Positions 1 through 9,709 of a stretch of 64,000 nucleotides of DNA are shown here, piece by piece. The translations under genes and the position numbers were made by a program. The stretch's first letter is position 1; every line of letters starts with the position of its first letter. The notes below the pieces were generated by a model, which saw only the letters and a program-made list of their open reading frames with translations, did no database searches and was not told the origin of the DNA. The stretch is from a virus (Duplodnaviria; Caudoviricetes). The DNA lies in IMG/VR virus record IMGVR_UViG_3300037991_006036, positions 32,001 through 96,000 of that record; one strand, written 5' to 3'.

Positions 1-1273
1 GAGAACAAACTAAGAAGTTAGCTCCACCTCTTAATGTCTTAGCATGGATCTCGTTAGATACTTTTTGTACTTTAGTACCTAAAGTAGCAAACCAAGTACC
101 TTGGATGTATGCTTGACCATTAAATTGTGATGCTTCAAATGCATTAGTAGCAGAGTTAAACTCTTGACCTACTTTAGCAGACCAGAAGTCTGTAGAAGCA
201 GCTGATGAGATCAACATATCTAAGATCTCTAAGTCAATTTCCATAGAAACATACTCAGATAACATAGAAGTCAACTCACCTTCAGCATCTACTGAATGGT
301 ATGCGTTAAGGTCTTGTGCGAACTCAGGAGTCCAGCTTGCTTTCAACTTACGAGTCTTAGCAGTTACTGGAATACTTCTCATTTGCAACTCGATGCTTGG
401 GATGTTCAAGTCTGTATCCAAGTCTCTGTTTGTAGCAGATACTGGCTTAGCCTCGAAGTCACCTCTATCATCGTTAGTAGGTTGTACTGAGAATGATACA
501 GCTGTAGTAAATGATCCAGTTCCGATTGTTGTAGCTGCTGAAGATCCAGTTGTAATAAACTGAAGGTTTCCACCAACAACTTGTGTAAAGGCTTCAATTA
601 CATCTAGTTCAGTTGAACCTGAAAGTAATTGGAAAGATCTTACAGCTTCTGCATCAAATGCAGTCCCGTTAGAAGACGTCAAAGATGATGTAGGTATAGC
701 AATCGATTGTAATGTACCAAGCGATCCAGTGTAATCTCCATCATAAAATACGTCAGCTGCGCTAACAGATCCAGTAGCAATATAGTTAGTGGTTCTGTTT
801 ACTGAGTTGATTGAGTATCCAAATCTACCAGCTCCATAAAGTCCATCAGATGGATCAGAAGTAGTGTCAGTGATACCTTGTAATGTACCAGTTTGGTTTT
901 TATCCTGTGGAGCGAATCCAAATGGATTTTTATCATTAGCATATTTGAAATCTAGGTAGAATACTAGTCCTGATGGCAAGTTCATTGGCTGAACGCTAAC
1001 AAATTCCTTTGCTGCGATCTCAGCGTAAACTCTCCTAATCAAAGGAAGAGCAACTCCTGTCCACTGCTCATATCCAGCACCTGCAGTACCAGCTGTTGTA
1101 GCAGACCCCTCTTTCAAAAGCTGTTTTGCTTGGTTTTCTAAAAGAACAGAAACTGTTGCCTGCTCATTTTTATCACCAAGACCTTCTAATAGGCCCGTTC
1201 TAGACCATTTGGAGATCAAAGCCTTATTTTCTTGGCTTCTGTTTGTTTCTCCCATTCCTTCAAATAAATTCAT
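1..1273 (-). CDS. gp23: Major capsid protein, T4 gp23-like (3' end runs off the window)
   Basis: Not in the ORF track because its stop lies outside the window. Manual translation from ATG at 1273 gives MNLFEGMGETNRSQENKALISKWSRTGLLEGL...LLENQAKQLLKE|GS...LPLIRRVYAEIAAKEFVSVQPMNLPSGLVFYLDFKY...VTAKTRKLKASWTPEFAQDLNAYHSVDAEGELTSMLSEY, which contains the gp23 motifs. It follows the scaffold gene. Confidence 0.97.
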   Translation of the reverse strand, partial: MNLFEGMGETNRSQENKALISKWSRTGLLEGLGDKNEQATVSVLLENQAKQLLKEGSATTAGTAGAGYEQWTGVALPLIRRVYAEIAAKEFVSVQPMNLPSGLVFYLDFKYANDKNPFGFAPQDKNQTGTLQGITDTTSDPSDGLYGAGRFGYSINSVNRTTNYIATGSVSAADVFYDGDYTGSLGTLQSIAIPTSSLTSSNGTAFDAEAVRSFQLLSGSTELDVIEAFTQVVGGNLQFITTGSSAATTIGTGSFTTAVSFSVQPTNDDRGDFEAKPVSATNRDLDTDLNIPSIELQMRSIPVTAKTRKLKASWTPEFAQDLNAYHSVDAEGELTSMLSEYVSMEIDLEILDMLISSAASTDFWSAKVGQEFNSATNAFEASQFNGQAYIQGTWFATLGTKVQKVSNEIHAKTLRGGANFLVCS

Positions 1274-1300
1274 AGTGAATAATTTTTAGCTTTTTTTAGG

Positions 1301-2326
1301 TTACTTGTTGTAGTTAATTAATTCTGTAAAACGGTTATAAACTCCGTTACTGTCAGCAATCACTTTTTTAGTTCCTCTTGTAGGAGCTGAAGCGATACCT
1401 TCAGTTAGGTTTTTTGCTTTTCTTTTAGGAGCAGCCTTTCTTATAGGTCTTGCAGTCATTGATTCTGCTAATGTAGCGTATACTAATTTAGCTTCTCTAA
1501 CTGTTTTAACTCTATCAAAAGTTTCGATGATTTTCACTTTCTTAGTTTCACTCAATTCACCTTTCTTAAACAACTTGTTTACATAAAGTAATTTAGCGTT
1601 AAGTAAGTTCACTTCATTTAACTTAGAACGTAAAAACTTGATAACATTATAAGCCTCTTCTAACTCATCTTCGTCTTTCTCCTCATCCATGGATTTTTCA
1701 TCTTTTTCCTCTTCTCTAAGAGCTTTGATGATTTCTTCTAGATCGATATCTTCTTCCATCTCTCCATCATCTTCATCATATTCTTCTTTATAAAGACCTT
1801 TTTCCATTTTTTCTTTAGACGACATTTTTTCATCCATTGGCTCTTCGTCAGATTTCTCACCTTCTTCCATTTCTTCGGTTTCAGCGTGAGCTTCTTCTTC
1901 CATTTCGCCTTCGTCTTCATCTCCTTCTTCCATAGAATCTTCTTCTCCTTCTAACTCTCTTAGAATTTCTTCTAATTCGTCATCAGTCATTTCAGCTTCT
2001 TCGGCTTCAGCAGATGCTTCCTCTTCGGAACCTTCGTCAGAAACTTCAGCCTCTTCTTCTGATTCAACTTCGTCTTCAACTTCAGGCTCTCCGCCTTCAC
2101 CTTCTGACTTCATCTCCTCATCGTCATGAGACATCTCCATTGTTACCTCTTCATCTTCAGCTTCGTCCACTGGCTCTTCGTCTTCCATCTCTTCTTTGAT
2201 TTTGTGAGATAGCATAGACTGCAGCTTAGGAGCAAAGGCTTCTTCTAAAGCAAGTTTTGCGTTTGCTAATGCAGTTTCACGGACAGCTTTTGCGTCTGCG
2301 ATTGCATCTTTTAATAATTTGTTCAT
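1301..2326 (-). CDS. Prohead core/scaffold protein (gp22-like)
   Basis: 341 aa with a very acidic central region and coiled-coil ends, many [LIM]-x-E sites, located immediately upstream of the capsid gene. Confidence 0.8.
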   Translation of the reverse strand: MNKLLKDAIADAKAVRETALANAKLALEEAFAPKLQSMLSHKIKEEMEDEEPVDEAEDEEVTMEMSHDDEEMKSEGEGGEPEVEDEVESEEEAEVSDEGSEEEASAEAEEAEMTDDELEEILRELEGEEDSMEEGDEDEGEMEEEAHAETEEMEEGEKSDEEPMDEKMSSKEKMEKGLYKEEYDEDDGEMEEDIDLEEIIKALREEEKDEKSMDEEKDEDELEEAYNVIKFLRSKLNEVNLLNAKLLYVNKLFKKGELSETKKVKIIETFDRVKTVREAKLVYATLAESMTARPIRKAAPKRKAKNLTEGIASAPTRGTKKVIADSNGVYNRFTELINYNK

Positions 2327-2343
2327 GTGATTTGTTTTATGAA

Positions 2344-2423
2344 CGTCCTACAACTATTTTGAGTTGCAATGTGAATAGATTATTTAGGACGCCATATCAG
2401 GATAGCGTATTTAATCATACATA
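2344..2423 (-). promoter_or_regulatory. Structured 5' leader and possible variant late promoter of the scaffold/capsid operon
   Basis: Inverted repeats CGTCCTA (2344-2350)/TAGGACG (2385-2391) enclose CAACT/AGTTG. A competing stem lies at 2389-2408. TATGTAT (minus strand, within 2416-2423) is one mismatch from the TATTTAT motif. Confidence 0.4.
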
Positions 2424-2472
2424 GTATGAAGAAAAACCAAAACGTGTTTTTATTGTGAAAAAGTTGAAGTAT

Positions 2473-3303
2473 TTACGCCATTGCTGGGGCTGGTGCATCT
2501 CCACCAGCTTGCATTTTTGCCTTGAGCTCTTTGTTATCCTTTATTGCTTTTTTAATGTACTTGATTAATTGCTTTCCAAGCACTATAAGCTCAAACCCTT
2601 TACCAATCATTGAAGTTATAGATATTATAATACCAATTATACTTGCTCCTGCAAGAGGAAAGTGTGAAATTCCAAGAATAAACAAAGCCACTACACCAAT
2701 AAACTTTACACCATAAGCTCCTATTTTTTGAGCATTAGGTCCACCACCCATTTTCCCTATAATCCACTCAATAGCTTGTCCAATTTTTTTCATTACCCAA
2801 CCGGATGCTTTCTTCAAGCTACCAACCATTGTCTCTGCTGCTTTTTTAGCTTTGTCAACTGGTACCTTTTTTCCTGTGACTTTTTCAATAGCTGTACAGA
2901 TAGCTTCAATAAATGCCATGTTTCCTAAAACAAGAGATACAACTGTCATGACAGTATCGACAACTCCTCCACCACTTTCGTTTACTAACCGTCTTTCTTT
3001 GACAGTAGGCAATTCTTTTTCAACATCGTCTGCATTAACTTTTGAGATATCACCACCCTTTTCGATAGCAGCCATCATCATTGCTGCTTGCACCTCTTCA
3101 TCATCCATATCCTCCCCATCCTTTTCTACCTCTTTAGACACTTTTAAGATGCCTTGATCGATACCTGATGGTATTCCAGCCTCCTTAAGCATTTTAGATG
3201 ACGATTTCATAGCTGCTGTAATTTCAGCTACCATTTTATTGAATTTACGCTCTCGCAAAATTCTGTATGTTATTTCAGATAAACTTAATGTTGGCTTATT
3301 CAT
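2473..3303 (-). CDS. Hypothetical protein with C-terminal hydrophobic helices; candidate internal head/ejection protein
   Basis: 276 aa between protease and scaffold; LSE/LRE/LKE/VNE sites; hydrophobic hairpin FIGVVALFILGI...IIGIIISITSMIG. Confidence 0.6.
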   Translation of the reverse strand: MNKPTLSLSEITYRILRERKFNKMVAEITAAMKSSSKMLKEAGIPSGIDQGILKVSKEVEKDGEDMDDEEVQAAMMMAAIEKGGDISKVNADDVEKELPTVKERRLVNESGGGVVDTVMTVVSLVLGNMAFIEAICTAIEKVTGKKVPVDKAKKAAETMVGSLKKASGWVMKKIGQAIEWIIGKMGGGPNAQKIGAYGVKFIGVVALFILGISHFPLAGASIIGIIISITSMIGKGFELIVLGKQLIKYIKKAIKDNKELKAKMQAGGDAPAPAMA

Positions 3304-3674
3304 TTCTTTTTGTTTTCAGTAAGATCGCTGAAGTTTACTAATATTGTGTTTCCATCAACATCTACTTCTAAACCTTTTTTTGATATTCCTTTTACTTCAC
3401 CTTCCCCAGCTCTCCAGTTTGTGTTGGTGTTGTATTTTTTTACAGCAGATGGATCAAAGAAAACTTTTAATGCTTCTTCACCACCACCTTTCTTGTCATC
3501 TTTTTTTTCTTCTTCACCTTTGTCACCGCCTTCATCACCACCAGCATCACCACCAGCATCTCCGCCACCTTCTTTTTCAGCAGCATCAGCAAATGGATTC
3601 TCAAGTAACTTGTACTCAAGCATTAATTCACCTAGGATATCTATTAGGGTGTTTTTATTAGTGACCAACTTCAT
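3300..3674 (-). CDS. Hypothetical head-module protein with GGD[A/E/K] repeats
   Basis: 124 aa, overlaps both neighbours, low-complexity GGDA linker. Confidence 0.7.
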   Translation of the reverse strand: MKLVTNKNTLIDILGELMLEYKLLENPFADAAEKEGGGDAGGDAGGDEGGDKGEEEKKDDKKGGGEEALKVFFDPSAVKKYNTNTNWRAGEGEVKGISKKGLEVDVDGNTILVNFSDLTENKKK

Positions 3675-4041
3675 AGTAGCGAGATAGATTGTTGCCCATC
3701 TCCTCGTATAAAGATTCTAGGCGTTGTTGCAATTTACCAATTTCAGAAACAGTTTTTGTGAATTCTTTATTGTTGTTGTTAAGCTCTTTCATGTTTCTTT
3801 TTACAGTCACTTCATCAAACCACTCTTCGGTTTCTTGTAGTGCTACACGTTCTGCTTTTTCGACAATTTCAGAAATTCTATTTGCAGCTTCTTTCAAACC
3901 TTCGCTACGATAAATTACCTCTTCAAAAGATCCGTACTCTCTAATTTCTTCAAGTACTTGAGCTTTTTCACTGAGCTTCATTTTTGTAGATGCTGCACCG
4001 TTAATTGCTTCGCTAAGTTGTTTTAATATATTTTTACTCAT
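3658..4041 (-). CDS. Hypothetical coiled-coil head-module protein
   Basis: ATG at 4041 overlaps the protease stop (ORF track starts at GTG 4044); helical; N-terminal LKQLSE. Confidence 0.75.
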   Translation of the reverse strand: MSKNILKQLSEAINGAASTKMKLSEKAQVLEEIREYGSFEEVIYRSEGLKEAANRISEIVEKAERVALQETEEWFDEVTVKRNMKELNNNNKEFTKTVSEIGKLQQRLESLYEEMGNNLSRYYEVGH

Positions 4042-4658
4042 CACATTACTGATATTATCTCACTTATTAGTGAGTTGATTTTTGTATACTTGTTATTGGT
4101 GTTTGAATTAACTCCTTCGTTTAACGACGGATTCATAAAAGCTCCTTGTGTTGATGGATTACTTACTAAATCCCAACATACGATTTCAAAGTCGTTTTGT
4201 ACCTCTACCTTTCCTTCACCTAATTCTTTTACCGATCCCATTCCTCGTGAGCTAATTCCCAATCTAATTCCACACTTTAATAGCTCCTTTGCAATGTTTC
4301 CAGATGGAGTTGATAAGATTTCAATTTTTCCCATCAAATCATTCCCTTGCCACCACAAATCTAATACATTGTGTGATACGTTAGATAGGTTTACTACTTG
4401 AGAGTCTGGATGATCTAGTTCACCTAATGCTCTACGTTCTTTTACAAAAGTATTTTTGTAATTTTCTGTTTCTTTTTTTAATATTGGTAATGGATAGCTT
4501 CTGCCATTTTGATTGAAGTTTTTATCCCCACCAGAGCTGCCTCGTTGCATTATACCCGATACGATAATTTTTCCATTGTTTTTGTTCATGGACTCGTTAA
4601 TCTGTTGAGGTGTTACCTCAATCGATCCTATATAATCAACTAAGACTGATTTGCTCAT
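4041..4658 (-). CDS. gp21: Prohead maturation protease (T4 gp21-like)
   Basis: Motifs NQNGRSYP, RRALGELDHP, VSH, LGISSRGMGS, WDLVSNPSTQGAF. Confidence 0.96.
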   Translation of the reverse strand: MSKSVLVDYIGSIEVTPQQINESMNKNNGKIIVSGIMQRGSSGGDKNFNQNGRSYPLPILKKETENYKNTFVKERRALGELDHPDSQVVNLSNVSHNVLDLWWQGNDLMGKIEILSTPSGNIAKELLKCGIRLGISSRGMGSVKELGEGKVEVQNDFEIVCWDLVSNPSTQGAFMNPSLNEGVNSNTNNKYTKINSLISEIISVM

Positions 4659-5401
4659 AATTCAAATGTTTTTTGGATGTTTTGAATGACCATTTCTGGT
4701 TGGTCAATATTCCCTAATGGTACTTCTTCGTTGTAATCCTGAAAAACTAAGTTACCTTTATCGTAATCTATTGCATGCGGTTCTCCGTTAATCATTACAT
4801 CAAACTCAAAATGATCTGCACCTATTGGATTGTAGTCTATGTCATTTGGTGTAAGTGTAGTAAGACCTGCATCTTTGAACATATCTAAAAGTTGTTCTTT
4901 AACTTGTCCAGCTACCGCTTCTTTCAAGTTATATAATTCGTTTGCTTTTTCGGATAATACCGATATGCGTTGGTGCATTTTTGCCAATGCTTCATTTGTA
5001 CGTTTCCAATGGATATTGTTATCCATCTTAGATTCGTTTTTTAGTTTAATGCTATGTTGAAGCATTCTTGCCAACTCTCTGATATTTTTGTTTACTTCTA
5101 AGATGTTTGCATTTACTTTCTGTACTGTAGATCGGGATTCATCTCGCTTAAACGCTTTGTACGATACTTCGTTTAATTTTACAGAATATTTAGGATTTCT
5201 TTTTTTTGGTCCTTTGATTGAGTATGCATATTCTGGATCAGTAAGATCAACTGATTGTGTTCCATCATCATCCTCATCACCAGTAAACGCGTTTGGTGTA
5301 TCATAAGTAGCAATGTTGGCTGTAGTGTTTTCTTTCATCTGAGCAGCCTGCTCTTTGATATACTTTTTCAATTCCTCTCTTTCTTCTAAACTCAATGCCA
5401 T
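4655..5401 (-). CDS. Hypothetical head-module protein
   Basis: Likely start ATG 5401 (MALSLEERE), just after the upstream stop; ORF track start is 5425. MKE, LNE and LKE sites separate its segments. Confidence 0.75.
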   Translation of the reverse strand: MALSLEEREELKKYIKEQAAQMKENTTANIATYDTPNAFTGDEDDDGTQSVDLTDPEYAYSIKGPKKRNPKYSVKLNEVSYKAFKRDESRSTVQKVNANILEVNKNIRELARMLQHSIKLKNESKMDNNIHWKRTNEALAKMHQRISVLSEKANELYNLKEAVAGQVKEQLLDMFKDAGLTTLTPNDIDYNPIGADHFEFDVMINGEPHAIDYDKGNLVFQDYNEEVPLGNIDQPEMVIQNIQKTFEL

Positions 5402-5402
5402 A

Positions 5403-6233
5403 CTATAATTCTTTAAGAAGTTCATGATACAATAACAACGAATGAACGTGATCTTCTTTAACGCGTTTTATTTTTTTGTTGTTATCTAGTAGGTTCATTA
5501 CCTCTGTCAATTTAATAGATATAACTTGGTCTTTAACTTGTGAAAGTTTTTTTGATAACTTTGCTTGAAGACTTGCGCTTTCTTTAATTACAAAGTCACG
5601 TAGAGTTGTTGTATTGCTAATATTGTTTATATATTCTCTCAACACTACTTGCTGATTGTCAGAAAGTTTAGCGTATTTAGTGTTAAACTTTTCTAACATT
5701 AATTTGTATGCTAATACTCTAACCTCCTCATCTTCTTGTAAAAACTCTTGCTTTTTGGTTGCAGGCTTTTCTGACACTTTGGTTATGTGTTCAGTAATGG
5801 TAGCTCTGCTTCTTACTACATCTGCTGCTTGTGAGATTGCAGCACCTTCAAATACTCTATAAACAGAAGCATATACTTTGTAGTTGTTTATAGTTGATTT
5901 GAAAAAATCTTTGAGATCGTAGTGTTTTTTGATCTCCTTAATCAAATCGTATTTGGAATTATTAAGCGCTTTTTCATTAAGACTTCTACGCATCTTAATT
6001 GTTGTGTTAAGCAACATCGTCGCTTTTTGTGGTGTCCTAAACTGCTCGTTTAGCAATGTTTGGTACAATACCAATTCTTTCGCCAAAGCTGTCTTAGCTG
6101 CGAAATATTCTTTTATTATTTTGAGTGCGGGAGAATTCTTTACACCAGTCATTGTGTCTGCTGTAATTTGTCTCGTTAGCAACTCAAAAAGAATTCCGGT
6201 ATTCTTTATTTTTGAGTGTGTCGACTTCTTCAT
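5403..6233 (-). CDS. Hypothetical head-module protein downstream of the portal
   Basis: 276 aa, helical, begins HSKIKNTGILFELLTRQIT; has its own late-motif copy at 6251-6258. Confidence 0.8.
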   Translation of the reverse strand: MKKSTHSKIKNTGILFELLTRQITADTMTGVKNSPALKIIKEYFAAKTALAKELVLYQTLLNEQFRTPQKATMLLNTTIKMRRSLNEKALNNSKYDLIKEIKKHYDLKDFFKSTINNYKVYASVYRVFEGAAISQAADVVRSRATITEHITKVSEKPATKKQEFLQEDEEVRVLAYKLMLEKFNTKYAKLSDNQQVVLREYINNISNTTTLRDFVIKESASLQAKLSKKLSQVKDQVISIKLTEVMNLLDNNKKIKRVKEDHVHSLLLYHELLKEL

Positions 6234-6250
6234 ATAATATATTACCTAAT

Positions 6251-6258
6251 AATAAATA
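6251..6258 (-). promoter_or_regulatory. Late promoter-like motif TATTTATT
   Basis: 17 nt before ATG 6233; one of 13 copies. Confidence 0.65.
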
Positions 6259-6276
6259 TGTCGGTTTTTTTTATTA

Positions 6277-8118
6277 TTACTCATCTAGCAGGTTTTCTTC
6301 ATTAAGAAGACCAGGTTTTTTTTCATCCTTAGTGTATGTACTTTGCAACGCAGCTGCTTTTAGGTTAGTTTTTAAACCTTTAAAGTTGTCTAGATTTTGT
6401 GCTTCGTACACCACTCTTCCAGCTGATTTATTTTGTTTGTGTCCCATAGGGTCCCATCCTAATGGATGAGCATGCTTACCGTATGTACCAGGTTCTTTTG
6501 GTCTTCCAGCTCCAGGCCATCCACCTTCAGGTACTTCCTTTTCATCATATCCTTTTGGTACTCCAGCATCACCTTTGTATAGGCTAGCTATATCGTGTGG
6601 AGTTCCAAATGATTGTCCAGATTTTTTTGGATCGTTACCTTCGGTTTTGATCTGTTCAATTCTAAACTGCTCTTGTGCATCTTTTGCAATCTGATCCTGC
6701 TCTTCCATCCATTGCTCAGGCTGCATATTGAATATGTGTTCGTAAGCCCAGAATCTGCTGAAAAGTTTTTTCTCAACTAGATCTCCTGCTAGAGTTGCTT
6801 TTTGAGTCCACAGCTCTAGTTTTTCTCTCTCGTAATATGTTGAAGGTGGTGTTAGTTTTAATGAAAAATCAACAATCTCTTCATCTGTAAATCCTTGTGC
6901 ATATAAGTGAACAATTGCTATTTTTGTTAATTCACTTACAATAATTTTTTGTACTCTTTCAATAGTTCTTGCAAATCTAAAATCTTGAGAAGCTAAAGAA
7001 GCCTTTCCAGTTGTATCTTCTAAAAATCCTAAATATGCTTTTGGAATTTTTAATGCACCTAACATTCTATTTTGTAGATACTCAATATCTGGAATTGCAT
7101 CCATTTGTAATCCTGGGGTTGTTTCTATCATTGTACCACTTTCTGCTCCACGAACCGGTAGATAGAAATCTTCAAGAATGTTTTGCATGTTGTACTTTAA
7201 GTTGTAATCTCCAGTACTTTCGTCAATAAATGGAACCTTTTTCATTTTATTAATCATACCTTCCATAAAAGTATCAACTTCATTAGGTGGTATATTACCA
7301 ATATCTATTTTGAAAATTCGTTTGTCGGGAGCTCTCATTATACGATGAATTAACATCGCATCTTCCATTAAAGTAAGTTGTTTCCACACTTTTCTTGCTG
7401 GCTCGAGTAAAGATCTACCATAAGGTAAAAAGTTTGTATCGTTTAACAATCTAAAATGTGCAATTTCGTAATTGTCATATTCTTCAGTGTCGTTACGGTA
7501 TATTGTAGATGGCGTTGCAACTCCACTCATTAAGTCTCTTTTAAAAGTTACTTTGTTTGGATTTTTTGGATCAATACCTTCTTCTCTAACCATTTCATAT
7601 GCTGAAATAGGTTCTACATTTGTGATACCAAACTTTTCTGTAATACTTAGGTGTAGATAAAAATCACCGTATTTGAGTGTGCTACGAACCCAAGGCCATA
7701 AATTAAATTCTACATTTATAATGTCATAAAACAAGTTATGAAGTACTTTGTGTATCTTATCATTATTAGTCATAATGGTAAGTGTATCTTCAAACTCATC
7801 TTTTGCAGTACATTCATCTGCATATATGTCTAATGCGGATGAGATGATACTATCAGAGTCCATTGCTTCATAATCTCTAAACAACTGGATTCTGGTAGCT
7901 TGAAGAATTTGACCGTTATTATATACTGTATTGATGCTCGTTCCATACATTCGATTGAATCGATCAATACGGCTATTGTTCTGTAAATTTCCTACAGATT
8001 GAAGATTGTCGGTATCAATTACTTTTAATTGCTTACCTCCAACATTACGAATAATTACATCAGTACTGAATAATCTTCGTAGTCTGTTAAATAAATTAGG
8101 TTTTTTTTCTTCTGCCAT
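6277..8118 (-). CDS. gp20: Portal protein (T4 gp20-like)
   Basis: Motifs LLEPARKVWKQLTLMEDAMLIHRIMRAPDKRIFKIDIGNIP, LEDFYLP, DIEY, ALKIP, RFARTIERVQ. Confidence 0.96.
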   Translation of the reverse strand: MAEEKKPNLFNRLRRLFSTDVIIRNVGGKQLKVIDTDNLQSVGNLQNNSRIDRFNRMYGTSINTVYNNGQILQATRIQLFRDYEAMDSDSIISSALDIYADECTAKDEFEDTLTIMTNNDKIHKVLHNLFYDIINVEFNLWPWVRSTLKYGDFYLHLSITEKFGITNVEPISAYEMVREEGIDPKNPNKVTFKRDLMSGVATPSTIYRNDTEEYDNYEIAHFRLLNDTNFLPYGRSLLEPARKVWKQLTLMEDAMLIHRIMRAPDKRIFKIDIGNIPPNEVDTFMEGMINKMKKVPFIDESTGDYNLKYNMQNILEDFYLPVRGAESGTMIETTPGLQMDAIPDIEYLQNRMLGALKIPKAYLGFLEDTTGKASLASQDFRFARTIERVQKIIVSELTKIAIVHLYAQGFTDEEIVDFSLKLTPPSTYYEREKLELWTQKATLAGDLVEKKLFSRFWAYEHIFNMQPEQWMEEQDQIAKDAQEQFRIEQIKTEGNDPKKSGQSFGTPHDIASLYKGDAGVPKGYDEKEVPEGGWPGAGRPKEPGTYGKHAHPLGWDPMGHKQNKSAGRVVYEAQNLDNFKGLKTNLKAAALQSTYTKDEKKPGLLNEENLLDE

Positions 8119-8132
8119 TCTTGTTTATTTTA

Positions 8133-8140
8133 TATAAATA
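8133..8140 (-). promoter_or_regulatory. Late promoter-like motif TATTTATA (portal)
   Basis: 14 nt before the portal ATG. Confidence 0.7.
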
Positions 8141-8142
8141 GG

Positions 8143-9708
8143 CTACAATAACCAATTCAAGTCTTCGTCCTTACCTTTTACATCCATTTTCCACGAATTG
8201 TTTTCGTGTGATGTTTTATATACAGCTGTGGATTTTGCATGATCCAAAGCTCTTTTTGTTAATTCAATTCCTGCCTGGCGTAGTTTTAATGCTGTGTCTC
8301 TTACCCATAATGCCATACACCAACTCATTACTAAATCATCATTGTATCCTTGTTGTGCTTCTGGTCTTGCGTTTCTCCATATGAATACGCCAAGTTCATC
8401 AAGAAGCCTTCTACTCCTTATTATACAACTTTTTTCTCTCATATACAACTCCATCTTGGAAATAATTAATGGTCGTACTTTTGAAGACATTGTAAAACCA
8501 GCTACCTGATCTTTGGTACGTTGTACATCTGTTGCTCGAGCTAGATATCTATCTGAGTCTAATCCAATATCTTTAGGTGTATAGTATAGGTTTTTATAAC
8601 CACGTTCAATTACTTGTTGAATTGTTGCCCATCCTATGTTTGCATTCTCAATGACTAGTAACGCATCGTTATATTCTGTTGCAATTGAAACAAGCATATT
8701 ACCATAATCTTTTGTAGTCACTTGTCCTTTATACTCAGCTACCTGAGATGCTTCTTCTAAATCAAAAACATGGAAAGCAGAATAATCTGTTCCATCACCA
8801 CGTGCAACGTCAGCCACTACTACATAATCCTTTGTGTAGTTTGGAATCTCCCACACCCACATATTACTATCAAATCCACGTTTTTCAATTGGATCTTGCA
8901 TATATGTCTGTCTATAGAAGTTTAACATTTCTGGGTGCACAACTGTGTTACCTGATGTGCTGAAATCACAATCACACTCTTGTGCTGCTAATCTAAGACC
9001 TAACTCTTCGTCTTGTCTGTCTCTCCACTCTTGATCTCTTTCTGGATGTACTTGCCATGGAAGTCTCTTGGTAAAGAATTGGTTTTGCCCTTCTTCGGAT
9101 TTCATCCATGTTTTGTGAAAAAAGTTACCAGTTCCATTGGGTGTGCTTAGTATAACACCTCTACCTCCAGTTGCTAGCGTTTGTTGTAGTGATGCCCACA
9201 ACTCTTCAGCATTGTCAACGAATGCAGCCTCATCAATAATAACTAAAGATAATGCTTCTGAACGTCCTGATGTTCCAGAGCTTGCTACAGCTTTTATTTG
9301 TGATCCGTTTGTTAATCTAAGTGACAGTTTGTTTTTTTCTGTTGTTTTTAGTTGTAGCCAACTTGGTAGATTTTCAAACATTACACTAACCTTTGTTACA
9401 AGGTTTTTTGATGTATTCTGATCGATTGCAACAACAAGTATGTTTTTATCGCTATGAAATAACATTGTCCATAAAGAATATCCTGCAGATAGTGTTGATA
9501 TTCCTAACTGTCGGGATTTCAAGATAATGACCCTATCATTTTCTTGCATATCATTAGTCAACTCTTCTTGATATGGATATAGCTTAAATGGTATTTTTCC
9601 TTTGGAAGGATGCTGGATCAAGCAATATTTTTTCATGAAGTATACTGGATCCTTAGCACATTTTACGTACTCAGTTTTGATCAGTTGCTTCAAGTTTACA
9701 TTGCTCAT
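8143..9708 (-). CDS. gp17: Terminase large subunit (T4 gp17-like)
   Basis: KLYPYQ, Walker A KSRQLGIST, Walker B IIDEAAF, STPNG, RNase-H-like DVARG...DYS, NDDLVM. Confidence 0.97.
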   Translation of the reverse strand: MSNVNLKQLIKTEYVKCAKDPVYFMKKYCLIQHPSKGKIPFKLYPYQEELTNDMQENDRVIILKSRQLGISTLSAGYSLWTMLFHSDKNILVVAIDQNTSKNLVTKVSVMFENLPSWLQLKTTEKNKLSLRLTNGSQIKAVASSGTSGRSEALSLVIIDEAAFVDNAEELWASLQQTLATGGRGVILSTPNGTGNFFHKTWMKSEEGQNQFFTKRLPWQVHPERDQEWRDRQDEELGLRLAAQECDCDFSTSGNTVVHPEMLNFYRQTYMQDPIEKRGFDSNMWVWEIPNYTKDYVVVADVARGDGTDYSAFHVFDLEEASQVAEYKGQVTTKDYGNMLVSIATEYNDALLVIENANIGWATIQQVIERGYKNLYYTPKDIGLDSDRYLARATDVQRTKDQVAGFTMSSKVRPLIISKMELYMREKSCIIRSRRLLDELGVFIWRNARPEAQQGYNDDLVMSWCMALWVRDTALKLRQAGIELTKRALDHAKSTAVYKTSHENNSWKMDVKGKDEDLNWLL

Positions 9709-9709
9709 T

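Noticed and set aside
3515-3575. GGDA/GGDE/GGDK repeat as a functional DNA repeat
   Set aside because: Short coding low-complexity linker with nothing beyond a disordered spacer.
8143-9708. Intein or intron in terminase (also considered for primase and portal)
   Set aside because: Lengths are normal and motifs are contiguous, with no splice-junction or homing endonuclease motifs.
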